NCBI GenBank assembly: GCA_964016885.1 | Contig: OZ024741.1 | Location: forward strand, 398,970,001-399,034,000 | Source of the DNA: Eledone cirrhosa | Taxonomy: Eukaryota | Reading direction: 5' to 3' | Length of the DNA: 64,000 bases | Part shown: piece after piece, positions 39,428-52,360 of the stretch | Layout of the letters: every line of letters starts with the position of its first letter | How positions within the stretch are numbered: position 1 is the first letter of the stretch | Translations under genes and position numbers: made by a program | Notes under the pieces: model-generated | Told to the model about the DNA's origin: nothing | Database searches by the model: none | What the model saw: only the letters and a program-made list of their open reading frames with translations

Positions 39428-42400
39428 ATCATACACTATATCATACACTATATCATACACTATACCATACACTATATTATACACTATATCATATACTATT
39501 CATACACTATATCATACACTATATGATACACTATATCATACACTATATCATACACTATATCATGCATTATATCATATACTATATCATACACTATATCATA
39601 CACTATATCATACACTATATGATACTTTATATCATACACTATATCATATACTATATCATATACTATATCATACACTAAACCATACTTTATATCATACACT
39701 ATATCATACATTATATCATACACTATAACATACACTATATCATACACTATATCATATACTATATCATACATTATATCATATACTATATCATACACTATAT
39801 CATACACTATATCATATACTATATCAAACACTATATCATACACTATATCATATACTATTTCATACACTATATCATACACTATATCATATACTATATCATA
39901 CACTATATCATACACTATATCATACACTATACCATACTTTATATCATACACTATATCATATACTATATCATATACTATATCATACACTATACCATGCTCT
40001 ATATCATACACTATATCATACAATATATCATACACGATATCATACATTATACTATACTCTATATCATACACTATATCATACACTATATCATACACTATAT
40101 CATAGACAATATCATACACTATATCATATACTATATCATACACTATATAATATACTATATCATACACTATATCATACACTATATCATACACTATACCATA
40201 CACTATATCATACACTATATGATATACTATATCATACACTATATCATACACTATATCATACACTATATCATATACTATATCCTACACTATATCATACACT
40301 ATATCATATACTATATCATACACTATATCATACACTATATCATATACTATATCATACACTATATCATACACTATATCATATACTATATCATACACTATAC
40401 CATACTCTATATCATACACTATATCATACACTATATCATACACTATAACATACACTATATCATACACTATATCATATACTATATCATACACTATATCATA
40501 TACTATATCATACACTATATCATACACTATATCATATACAATATCAAACACTATATCATACACTATATCATATACTATTTCATACACTATATCATACACT
40601 ATATCATATACTATATCATACACTATATCATACTTTATATCATAGACTATATCATCTACTATATCATATACTATATCATACATTATACCATGCTCTATGT
40701 CATACACTATATCGTACACTATATCATACACTATATCATACATTTTACTATACTCTATATCATATACTATATCATACACTAAATCATACACGATATCATA
40801 CACTATAACATACACTATACCATACTCTATATCATACTCTATATCATACACTACATCATACACTATACCATACACTATATAATACTCTATGTCATACACT
40901 ATATCATACAATATCATACACTATATCATACACTATATCATACACTAAACCATACACTATATCATAAACTATATCATATACTATATAATATACTATATCA
41001 TACACTATATCATATACTATATCATACACTATATCCTATACTATATCATACACTATATAATACACTATAACATATACTATATCATATACTATATCATACA
41101 CTATATCATACTTTATATCATAGACTATATCATCTACTATATCATATACTATATCATACACTAAATCATACACGATATCATACACTATAACATACACTAT
41201 ACCATACTCTATATCATACTCTATATCATACACTACATCATACACTATACGATACACTATATAATACTCTATGTCATACACTATATCATACAATATCATA
41301 CACTATATCATACACTATATCATACACTAAACCATACACTATATCATAAACTATATCATATACTATATAATATACTATATCATACACTATATCATATACT
41401 ATATCATACACTATATCCTATACTATATCATACACTATATAATACACTATAACATATACTATATCATATACTATATCATATACTATATCATACACTATAT
41501 CATACACTATATCATACACTATATCATACACTATACCATACACTATATCATATACTATATCATATACTATATCATATACTATATCATACACTATATCATA
41601 CAATATATCATACACTATACAAAATACTATACCATACACTATATAATACACTATACCATACACTATATCATACACTATTTCATACAATATATCATACACT
41701 ATATCATACACTATATCATACATTATAACATATATTATATCATACACTATATCATATACTATATCATACAGTATATTATACACTATATTATACACTATAC
41801 CGTACACTATATCATACTCTATGTCATACACCATATCATACACTATATCATACACTATACCATACACTATATCATACACTATATCATATACTATATCATA
41901 CAGTATATCATACACTACATCATATACTATATCATACTCTATATCATATAATATATCATACACTATACGATACTCTATATCATACACTATATCATACACT
42001 ATACCATACTCTATATCATACTGTATATCATATACAATATCATACACTATATCATACACTATATCATACACTATATCATACACTATATCATACACTATAT
42101 CATACACTATACCATACAATCTATCATATACTATATCATATACTATATCATACACTGTATCATACACTATATCATATACTATATCATACACTATATCATA
42201 CACTATATCATACACTATATCATATACTATATCATACACTATATCATACACTATATTATACACTATATCATACACTATATCATATACTATATCATACACT
42301 ATATCATACACTTTATCATACACTATATCATATACTATATCATACACTATATCATACACTATATCATACACTATATCATATACTATATCATACACTATAT

Positions 42401-45400
42401 CATACACTATATCATACACTATATCATATACTATATCATACACTATATCATACACTATATTATACACTATATCATACACTATATCATACACTATATCATA
42501 CACTATACCATACACTATATTATACACTATATCATATACTATTCATACACTATATCATACACTATATGATACACTATATCATACACTATATCATACACTA
42601 TATCATGCATTATATCATATACTATATCATACACTATATCATACACTATATCATACACTATATGATACTTTATATCATACACTATATCATATACTATATC
42701 ATATACTATATCATACACTAAACCATACTTTATATCATACACTATATCATACATTATATCATACACTATAACATACACTATATCATACACTATATCATAT
42801 ACTATATCATACATTATATCATATACTATATCATACACTATATCATACACTATATCATATACTATATCAAACACTATATCATACACTATATCATATACTA
42901 TTTCATACACTATATCATACACTATATCATATACTATATCATACACTATATCATACACTATATCATACACTATACCATACTTTATATCATACACTATATC
43001 ATATACTATATCATATACTATATCATACACTATACCATGCTCTATATCATACACTATATCATACAATATATCATACACGATATCATACATTATACTATAC
43101 TCTATATCATACACTATATCATACACTATATCATACACTATATCATAGACAATATCATACACTATATCATATACTATATCATACACTATATAATATACTA
43201 TATCATACACTATATCATACACTATATCATACACTATACCATACACTATATCATACACTATATGATATACTATATCATACACTATATCATACACTATATC
43301 ATACACTATATCATATACTATATCCTACACTATATCATACACTATATCATATACTATATCATACACTATATCATACACTATATCATATACTATATCATAC
43401 ACTATATCATACACTATATCATATACTATATCATACACTATACCATACTCTATATCATACACTATATCATACACTATATCATACACTATAACATACACTA
43501 TATCATACACTATATCATATACTATATCATACACTATATCATATACTATATCATACACTATATCATACACTATATCATATACAATATCAAACACTATATC
43601 ATACACTATATCATATACTATTTCATACACTATATCATACACTATATCATATACTATATCATACACTATATCATACTTTATATCATAGACTATATCATCT
43701 ACTATATCATATACTATATCATACATTATACCATGCTCTATGTCATACACTATATCGTACACTATATCATACACTATATCATACATTTTACTATACTCTA
43801 TATCATATACTATATCATACACTAAATCATACACGATATCATACACTATAACATACACTATACCATACTCTATATCATACTCTATATCATACACTACATC
43901 ATACACTATACCATACACTATATAATACTCTATGTCATACACTATATCATACAATATCATACACTATATCATACACTATATCATACACTAAACCATACAC
44001 TATATCATAAACTATATCATATACTATATAATATACTATATCATACACTATATCATATACTATATCATACACTATATCCTATACTATATCATACACTATA
44101 TAATACACTATAACATATACTATATCATATACTATATCATACACTATATCATACTTTATATCATAGACTATATCATCTACTATATCATATACTATATCAT
44201 ACACTAAATCATACACGATATCATACACTATAACATACACTATACCATACTCTATATCATACTCTATATCATACACTACATCATACACTATACGATACAC
44301 TATATAATACTCTATGTCATACACTATATCATACAATATCATACACTATATCATACACTATATCATACACTAAACCATACACTATATCATAAACTATATC
44401 ATATACTATATAATATACTATATCATACACTATATCATATACTATATCATACACTATATCCTATACTATATCATACACTATATAATACACTATAACATAT
44501 ACTATATCATATACTATATCATATACTATATCATACACTATATCATACACTATATCATACACTATATCATACACTATACCATACACTATATCATATACTA
44601 TATCATATACTATATCATATACTATATCATACACTATATCATACAATATATCATACACTATACAAAACACTATACCATACACTATATAATACACTATACC
44701 ATACACTATATCATACACTATTTCATACAATATATCATACACTATATCATACACTATATCATACATTATAACATATATTATATCATACACTATATCATAT
44801 ACTATATCATACAGTATATTATACACTATATTATACACTATACCGTACACTATATCATACTCTATGTCATACACCATATCATACACTATATCATACACTA
44901 TACCATACACTATATCATACACTATATCATATACTATATCATACAGTATATCATACACTACATCATATACTATATCATACTCTATATCATATAATATATC
45001 ATACACTATACGATACTCTATATCATACACTATATCATACACTATACCATACTCTATATCATACTGTATATCATATACAATATCATACACTATATCATAC
45101 ACTATATCATACACTATATCATACACTATATCATACACTATATCATACACTATACCATACAATCTATCATATACTATATCATATACTATATCATACACTG
45201 TATCATACACTATATCATATACTATATCATACACTATATCATACACTATATCATACACTATATCATATACTATATCATACACTATATCATACACTATATT
45301 ATACACTATATCATACACTATATCATATACTATATCATACACTATATCATACACTTTATCATACACTATATCATATACTATATCATACACTATATCATAC

Positions 45401-45525
45401 ACTATATCATACACTATATCATATACTATATCATACACTATATCATACACTATATCATACACTATATCATATACTATATCATACACTATATCATACACTA
45501 TATTATACACTATATCATACACTAT
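39428..45525 (+). repeat. Tandem duplication inside the satellite, period 3043 bp
   Basis: Identical translated ORFs at offset 3043 (39496/42539, 39994/43037, 40282/43325, 41036/44079). Boundaries approximate. Confidence 0.92.
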
Positions 45526-46355
45526 ATCATACACTATATCATATACTATATCATACACTATATCATATACTATATCATACACTATATCATACACTATATC
45601 ATACACTATATTATACACTATACCATACACTATATCATACACTATATCATACACTATATCATACACTATATCATACACTGTATCATATACTATATCATAC
45701 ACTATACAACATACTATATCATACACTATATCATACACTATATCATATACTATACCATACACTATACCATACACTATATCATACACTATATCATATACTA
45801 TATCATACATTATATCATACACTTTATCATATACTATATGATACACTATATGATACACTATATCATACACTATATCATACACTATATCATACAATATACC
45901 ATACACTATATCATACACTATATGATACACTATATGATACACTATACCATACACTATATCATACACTATATCATACACTATATCATACATTATATCATAT
46001 ACCATACCATACACTATACCATACACTATATCATACACTATATCATATACTATATCATACACTATACCATACACTATATCATATACTATATCATACACCA
46101 TATCATACACACATCTCTATATTCACAGTTTCTGGACGATATCATTTTAAACATTGATTATAAACTAATCCAAACCTTGAAATCCCCGGAAACTAATGAA
46201 ATAGGAGAACACTAATGAAATAGAAGAAGACTATTGAAATAGACCACAGAAACCTCGCTTCTTTTCTGTGACAAATACAGTTTTATACTTAATCCACATC
46301 ATGTATATCCTCATACAATAATCCACATTTTTCTATGACTATTGATCACTTTATA

Positions 46356-46873
46356 TCTATATATATAAAGTTGTAGTTCCTGTCTGTTTGTTTGTTCACG
46401 AACTCCTTCTTTTTAATCAAAGTGTTCCCCGGGGACACAAACCCCCGCTGAAAAAGATTTCCCTTCAATTTATATGAAATTTAAAGTATAGGTAAATGAC
46501 AACATATGATGCCTATTCACAAAATTTCAGCAAATTTCAATAATATTAAGACACCCTGATGGGACTAAAACCCCTATAGTGAAAATTTTGGAAGCCCATA
46601 ACCTGAGTATTGGAACCTCTATTATCACGGGGTTTTTCTATTAATTAAACGTAAATCAATAAAAAACCACCTCTCTTTTATAGTAAAATTTGACTAATTT
46701 AGACATCTTATCTATGGGAAAACATCACTAGAATTATGACAACAAAAATGATTAGTTAATGCCTATTTTACCTTTACTTTTTCTCCATAAATTATATCAC
46801 TGATTTAAAATCAATCATCATTTTCTTACAAAAAAATGTGTGAAACGCAGTAAGGCGCGGGTAATTCGACTAG
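46356..46873 (+). mobile_element. Non-autonomous Helitron-like element
   Basis: Inserted between A (46355) and T (46874). 5' end TCTATATATATAAAG followed by a GTCTGTTTGTTTGTT microsatellite. 3' end has a GC-rich weak hairpin (CGCAGTAAGGCGCGGG) then CTAG. No TSD. These are canonical Helitron termini. Confidence 0.75.
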
Positions 46874-46891
46874 TTATATTATATTACACCA

Positions 46892-47087
46892 GGGCAGTGG
46901 ATTGGCAGTATCAGTAGAACGTAGGGCGCCATACTTCGCAGCAAAGAGTTATATCCCTTTAGGTTCTATGTTTAACTCTCGCCGATGTGAGCTTTGTCTT
47001 TCATCCATCCAGGGTCGATAAAATAAACCATCAGCAATAACGTGGGAACAATTTATTCTTTTTCCCTTCCCCAAATCAGAAACATTA
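46892..47087 (+). mobile_element. tRNA-derived SINE-like repeat, family A (diverged copy)
   Basis: Aligns by eye to 52131-52347: TGGCAG..GTAGA head, degenerate B-box, CTTTCATCC..GGGTCGATAAAAT core, CCCCAAAT..AGAAACATTA tail. Confidence 0.75.
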
Positions 47088-47252
47088 TAAACCCCCCCCC
47101 CCAATCTAAGAGGCTTCACAGAAAGGTACACTCACTACTCTACAGAATGTTGTATGCTATACAGCATTTAAACCTCTCTATCTATTACAGTATATAGTAC
47201 CACAGACGATTTTACTGCTAAATCTATTAGTATTTATACCGGCTGTTAAAAA

Positions 47253-47630
47253 TTAGACTTTGACTTAGAAGTACGTCTTGAGACACATGAGGCAGCCAAA
47301 GTGCTCCAATGACCATGGTCAGTTACATTTATCAATACATCCCATGTCTTGAGACACATGAGGCAGCCAAAGTGCTCCAATGACCACGGTCAGTTCCAGG
47401 TTTTGTTGACGGGTTTCAGGTCCCTGTCAATTGTCTACCACCATTTCATCTTGGGACCTCATCTTCGCCTCTTTCCATTGGGGAGAGGGGTACTAAAACA
47501 GTATCTGATTAGCATATCTCTCACTTGAGAGTCGTGTGACATGTCCCAACCAGTCAAGTCAACACTTGTACATGATGTTAGATATAGGTTGTTGGTAACA
47601 AGACAAGAATCATATTTCACAAATACTATT
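47253..47630 (-). mobile_element. Decayed RTE-type LINE, C-terminal ORF fragment and 3' tail
   Basis: Minus-strand translation ...QQPISNIMYKC*LDWLGHVTRLSSERYANQILF*YPSPNGKRRR*GPKMKWW*TIDRDLKPVNKTWN, then after a frameshift DRGHWSTLAASCVSR. This matches the RTE C-terminal pattern RRLxWxGHVxR...GKRxRGRPxxxW...DL...DRxxW. Tail TAAGTCAAAGTCTAA. Multiple stops. Confidence 0.85.
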
Positions 47631-47641
47631 ATGATCCATGT

Positions 47642-47975
47642 AGGTGGATAATTGGCAGAGTGGTTATAACCTCACATAGAAAGCTTTGCAGTATTCGTTT
47701 CGGTTTTCTGCTCTCTGGGTTCAAATCTCATCGAGGTTAACTGCTCTACATCCTTTCGAGGTCAATAAAAAATTACCAGTCTTATACTGAGGATGATTCT
47801 TCTTCCATATATCTTTCTCACTTCCTTGCAGTTAATCTCTCTATCCTTCTCTGGAAGAAATCTACTGTACTCAAACTTGGAGAGCAGATGAGCCCAACCA
47901 GGTTTTAACATATCCTAGAGACGCCGTATCTCAGTACAGCGTCCATACGACTCCCTTAGGAGTTACAGGCCCATA
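47642..47975 (+). mobile_element. SINE-like family A, long-tailed variant
   Basis: B-box GGTTCAAATC, core CATCCTTTCGAGGTCAATAAAA..ACCAGT, then a ~180-bp tail (CTGGAAGAAATC..TGGAGAG..ACGACTCC..GGAGTTA..CCATA) shared with the copies at 50430, 51825 and 58078. Confidence 0.8.
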
Positions 47976-47999
47976 CAGACATTATAATCTATAAGTAAA

Positions 48000-48198
48000 G
48001 GGTGGTAGGTTAGTAGAACCGTTAGAGTTTCGGATAAAATGTTTTGAGGCATTTAATGATGGCTGTTTATATTCTGAGTTTAATCTTGAAGTTAACTCAG
48101 CCTTTTATCCTATCGATAAAATAAAGAACAAGTCACGTACTGGGGTCGATGTAATCGAATTTCCCTCCCCACAAATTGTTGTTTGTATGCCTCAATCA
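48000..48198 (+). mobile_element. SINE-like family A (diverged copy)
   Basis: GTAGAACCGTTAGAG head, TCGATAAAATAAAG..TACTGGGGTCGATGTAATCGA core, CTCCCCACAAATT tail. Confidence 0.7.
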
Positions 48199-48359
48199 TC
48201 GATCAGACCTGTGATCAAAGGCGTTCTAGAACTGACCATCCAAACGTTTCAGGTGTACCCTTTCCTTATTTGAAATAGTAAGGTGGGATTTATAGGTTTG
48301 ACTTTTGTTTCTAGCTGCTCAAAAGACCATGTAAGGGAACACACTCTGGTGGGAAACAT

Positions 48360-48432
48360 CACTAGTTGCTTGTAATGTCATTAGTTGCTTGTAATGTCAT
48401 TAGTTGCTTGTAATGTCACTAGTTGCTTGTGA
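48360..48432 (+). repeat. 19-bp tandem repeat (TAGTTGCTTGTAATGTCAT), ~3.7 copies
   Basis: Read directly. Confidence 0.9.
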
Positions 48433-48449
48433 TATTTCTGGAGTTTCTG

Positions 48450-48810
48450 CTCAACAATAGAATGGACCTCCGTCTGTTTCACGATGAGCGTTCCAACTGT
48501 CCGATCAATGGAAGAACCTGCTTATAAAACGATCTAGTAAGTCGCTGAACATTAAATTCCACAGACACATGTACCTTAAACGTTATTCTCAGGGAGATTC
48601 AGCGTAATACAGTGTGTGGCATGTCTGGCCCATTGAATTAGAGCTACAGTTAATCAGACGAGCTTCCAAACAGTTTCCGTCTACCTAAGTTAAATCCCAA
48701 GGCAGGGGTCGACCCGAGGTGAAGGTAAATAACACCTGACCAATATTCCATACAGTCAGATCGAACCTGATGATTGGGAATCGAACTTCTTAACCATTTG
48801 GTGGTCATGT
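48450..48810 (-). mobile_element. Second SINE-like repeat (tRNA-like head on the minus strand), possibly composite
   Basis: Reverse complement begins CATGACCACCAAATGGTTAAGAAG...CAGGTTCGATC...TTGGTCAGGTGTT, i.e. A-box-like, B-box-like and CORE-like segments. The body resembles interspersed repeats I recall from Octopus genomes (not searched). Confidence 0.5.
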
Positions 48811-48864
48811 TGTGCCCACTTCCGGTCAACAAGACTATTAAAGTATAACACTACATGTCCCCCA

Positions 48865-49056
48865 ATGTCCTAGAAATAGCAGCCAAATATTCTCAAAATT
48901 ACACATTGCCGTCTTTAAAAATAGTTAAAACACATTGGATAATATAGTCCAAGATACATTATGTATTTATACGAAAGATGGAATGTTCATGGCGGGAATG
49001 ACTTTGATCGTATGTCGGATCAATCAGTGTTGACCTGGGGCTAAACAACAACAACA
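48865..49056 (+). mobile_element. Interspersed repeat ending in CTAAACAACAACAAC; related pieces on the opposite strand at ~48200-48345 and ~50775-50950
   Basis: The segment GATGG..TCATGGC.GGAATG.CTTTGATC is reverse-complement similar to GATCAAAGGCGTTCTAGAACTGACCATCC (48213-48241) and GATCTTAGGTATTCCAGTGGTGACCATCC (~50829-50857). Confidence 0.55.
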
Positions 49057-49469
49057 GCATATTAGCAGTTTGTTTGAAGCTCTACAAACAATATTAGAGA
49101 CAGGCAATCAATAATTCACCAAAAATCGATATTTTACCAAAGATCAATATTTCAGTAAAAATCAATATTTTATCAAAGATCAATATTTCAGTAACGATCG
49201 ATATTTCAAAGACCGATATTTAGATGACAGTTCGAGGTTAAAAAAAAATAAAGAAAAAAGTAACAAAAATAAACAAAAAACAAATAAACAAAAACGCAAA
49301 AAACAAATCGAAAAACTATGACGTCACAATATCGAAGTTTAATAGTTATTGAAGAATGTATTGATTATAGAACTGCAATAATGTGTATTGATTGATTTGG
49401 TCAGGTGTACAGTTGTTATTGAAGGTTATCACAGAATCACGTGACAACAGTCAGGGTTAATCGAAAGAT

Positions 49470-50295
49470 GACACACTACAGTGTCACACTAGTTGTGTCA
49501 CACTGTGGTGTCACGTTACAGTGTCACACTCTAGTGTCACAGTGTAGTGTCACAGTGTAGTGTCACAGTGTAGTGTCACAGTGTAGTGTCACAGTGTAGT
49601 ATCAAGCTATAGTGTCACACTAATGGTATCACAGTGTGGTGTCGTTATTTTGTCACAGTGTGGTGTCACATTATAGTGACACATTGTAGTGTAGTGTCAC
49701 AGAACATGTATATAGAGCTATAATTACACCAGAGTGTGACACTAAATTGTGACACCGTAGTGTAACATTGTAGTTCTCTATATACATGTTCTGTCACAAG
49801 AAAGTTACACTACAGTGTTACAGTATGTGACACTGTTGTGTGACATTGTAGTTCTCTATATACATGTTCTGTCACAACAATGTTACACTACAGTGTTACA
49901 GTATGTGACACTGAAGTGTAACCCTGTAGTGTCATCACAACTCTCTATTCACAGAACATAGTTATAACACTACAGTGTCAGACTAAAGAGTGACAATGTA
50001 GTGTCATTATGGAGCTTTATACATGTTCTGTCACAACCGTGCCACACAACAATATGAAATTGTAGTGTGACACAACAATATGAAATTGTAGTGTGACACA
50101 ACAGTGTGACATAACAGTGTCACGCATTAGTGTGACACTACAATGTAACACTGTAGTGTGACACAACAGTGTGATACAACAGTGTGGTAACACTAAGTGA
50201 CATACATCAGTGTGTCACTACAATGTGACACTGTAGTGTGGCACAACAGTGTCACAACAATGTGACACAACAGTGTCACAGAACATGTATATAGA
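49470..50295. repeat. Complex degenerate minisatellite (13-bp AGTGTAGTGTCAC core) with a 78-bp direct repeat and internal inverted repeats
   Basis: (AGTGTAGTGTCAC)n at ~49533-49600. CTCTATATACATGTTCTGT at 49776 and 49854 (78-bp spacing), with its reverse complement at 49699 and 50278. Confidence 0.85.
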
Positions 50296-50429
50296 TCTTT
50301 AGTAGCCGCCGTCTATGAAAGACAAGAAACTCTGAATTCTTCAACGCAGTCACTGCTTTATTTCCATGTATTTGTCATTCTGTAATGTAAGATGTCTTGT
50401 ATAGTTTATTAAGAATGTTCCTCTGTCAT

Positions 50430-50735
50430 TAGGAAGGAGTCGTTAGAACGAAGGATAGAATGTTTTGTGGTATTCCGGTTTTTAAGTTCAAATCTCACCG
50501 AGGTCAATTTTTCCTTTCATCCTTTCGAGGTCGATAGAAAAGTATCAGTTCAGCACAGGGATAGATTCTTCCTCAATATCCCTTTCTCACTTCTTCTCTT
50601 TCTCTCCTTTTCAGGAAGAACTCAGCAGTGTTCTAACCCAGAGAGGGGGATGGGCTCCACCTGGTTTAAACTACTTCAATATGCCATATGTCACTACAAC
50701 ACCCTTAATAATTTATCAGGAGTTATGAGTCCATA
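50430..50735 (+). mobile_element. SINE-like family A, long-tailed variant
   Basis: AGTTCAAATCTCACCGAGGTCAA..CTTTCATCCTTTCGAGGTCGATAGAAAAGTATCAGT core plus the shared tail. Confidence 0.8.
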
Positions 50736-51229
50736 TATACAGAGAATCTGGAAGGTAGGTAGCTAAGAAAATGTATTGTTGTTGTTATTGTTGTTTTCTA
50801 AATTTCATCCGTGTTTGAGTAGATCTATGATCTTAGGTATTCCAGTGGTGACCATCCTGACTTTTTTTTTATATCAGAGACTACAGTTGATCTGCTCCGT
50901 TGGTGTTTTAGCTACTGCTAACATCAGGTCTATTGACCGCTTAGAGCCTCCAACATTAGACCATAGGTAAATATATAGGATCCGTATTGAATTTGGTGTG
51001 CCTGATTTATGGCTTGATACCAAAGATATTGGTCAGATCAAGCTTTTGCCTGCTATTGATACCATATAACCTCCTACAACCCACTTTATGGTCGGGTGGT
51101 CGGTAAGGTGGGGGAAGGTAAGTGGAACGCAAGCAACAACAAAAAAAAGAAATAAGAGCTGTTAAAATTGTGGATGAATTCCTCAAAGTCAGCCATCCAC
51201 CCTAACTATGGGTTAAATAGCCTTACCAA

Positions 51230-51470
51230 CCAACAATTGGCTAATCGTGGTGAGTATGGCTACACCCCTGACATGACCAAAACTAAACAGAAAGCAATGG
51301 AGTCTACCAGGGAGGGGTTCTCCCAAGAGGAGTGAGAAGGTTTTTTGTTTGGATATCTGAAATCTAAAAAAAGGGCTTAGAACAGATTTTAAAACACTTT
51401 TAGTTCTCAATTTCCTATTAAAAGTTCAAAATCAACGCTTTCACCAGCCTGGCTGAGGACATATAGAACA
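51230..51470 (+). mobile_element. Possible decayed LINE 5' region / start of an APE endonuclease
   Basis: Translation EKVFCLDI*NLKKGLRTDFKTLLVLNFLLKFKINAFTSLAED loosely fits the xTWNxxGL...DIxxLxE start of APE domains if TGA was TGG. Weak. Confidence 0.3.
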
Positions 51471-51487
51471 CCTTAATGTTGTAATAG

Positions 51488-51682
51488 GGTAGTGCTTGTC
51501 TCACAATGATATACACCTAGCTCTCTCTGTAAAGTGGTAGTGCTGGTGTCATAATAATATACAACCAGGTCACACTGTAAAGTGGTAGTGCTGGTGCCAC
51601 AATGATATACACCTAGCTCTCTCTGTAAAGTAGTAGTGTTGGTGTCACAATAATATACACCCAGTCAACTCTGTAAAGTGGT
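51488..51682 (+). repeat. 48-bp minisatellite, 4 copies in alternating A/B form
   Basis: CTGTAAAGT at 51527, 51575, 51623 and 51671. Units 1 and 3 share CAATGATATACACCTAGCTCTCT; units 2 and 4 share TAATATACA.CCAG. Confidence 0.9.
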
Positions 51683-51824
51683 AATGCAAAAGTATATATT
51701 GTGGATGTGCTAGATGAACGCGTCACATCAAACCAATGATGACAAATTTTCTTTATAATAATTATATTCTTGCTCTATCATATCATAATCTGATCGTAAA
51801 TAGTTTTAAATTTTATTAACATGC

Positions 51825-52050
51825 ATTCTGAGGTCGATAAAAAAGTACCAATCTAATACTGGGATCGATTCATCCTCTATATCTTTTTGCTACTTCCTCT
51901 CTCTCATTTTCTATCCTTCTCTGGAAGAAATCTGTTATTATATTCACACCTGGAGAGGAGATGGACTTTATCGAGGTTAGGAAATGCCCAAGAAACGCAG
52001 TGTACCACTACAGCGGCTCTACGACTCCAGTAGGAGTTATAGGACCATAT
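51825..52050 (+). mobile_element. 5'-truncated SINE-like family A, long-tailed variant
   Basis: Starts at GAGGTCGATAAAAAAGTACCA and carries the shared tail to GGAGTTATAGGACCATA. Confidence 0.75.
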
Positions 52051-52130
52051 TATATCATGCCAAGCATTCAGAGACAAAGACTAATAGAAATATTCTCAAG
52101 TTTCTATGTTTATTATCGAGTAAAATTTGA

Positions 52131-52347
52131 GGGCGATGGAATGGCAGCATCGGTAGAGCGTCGGACAACATGCTTTGTGACATAGAGTTACGGCCCTTTA
52201 CATTCGGAGTTCAAATCCCACTGAGGTTAGCTTTGCCTTTCATCCTTACGGGGTCGATAAAATAAAGTACCAGTAACACACTGGATCGATTTAATCGACT
52301 TTCCCTTTCCCCAAATCGTTGGCCTTGTGCCTAAATCAGAAACCATT
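52131..52347 (+). mobile_element. tRNA-derived SINE-like repeat, family A (best-preserved copy)
   Basis: A-box-like TGGCAGCATCGGTAGAGCG, B-box GAGTTCAAATCCC, core CTTTGCCTTTCATCCTTACGGGGTCGATAAAATAAAGTACCAGT, tail GGCCTTGTGCCTAAATCAGAAACCATTA. Confidence 0.85.
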
Positions 52348-52360
52348 AAAATGACGTACA

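Larger units (their letters stand above)
1..46110 (+). repeat. 12-bp tandem satellite array (consensus ACACTATATCAT; about 3,800 monomers; runs off the left edge of the window)
   Basis: Continuous 12-bp periodicity read directly. Recurrent variants (TATACC, CATATAC, CATACTC, TATAAT) and occasional 11- or 8-bp units. Ends abruptly at ...TATCATACAC|ACATCTCTATATTCACAG. Confidence 0.99.

Noticed and set aside
1-46110. CRISPR-like array, telomeric repeat or information-encoding variant code
   Set aside because: No unique spacers, no cas genes and no G-rich telomere motif. Variant order is explained by block duplication.
122-46215. Dozens of long ORFs (up to 681 aa) of YDIV, TLYH, HYII or TISY repeats
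   Set aside because: The 12-bp monomer has no stop in four of six frames. The ORFs overlap on both strands and shift frame at monomer indels, so they are satellite artefacts.
52131-52225. tRNA gene
   Set aside because: A- and B-box-like motifs are present but there is no cloverleaf, and it continues into a multi-copy SINE core.
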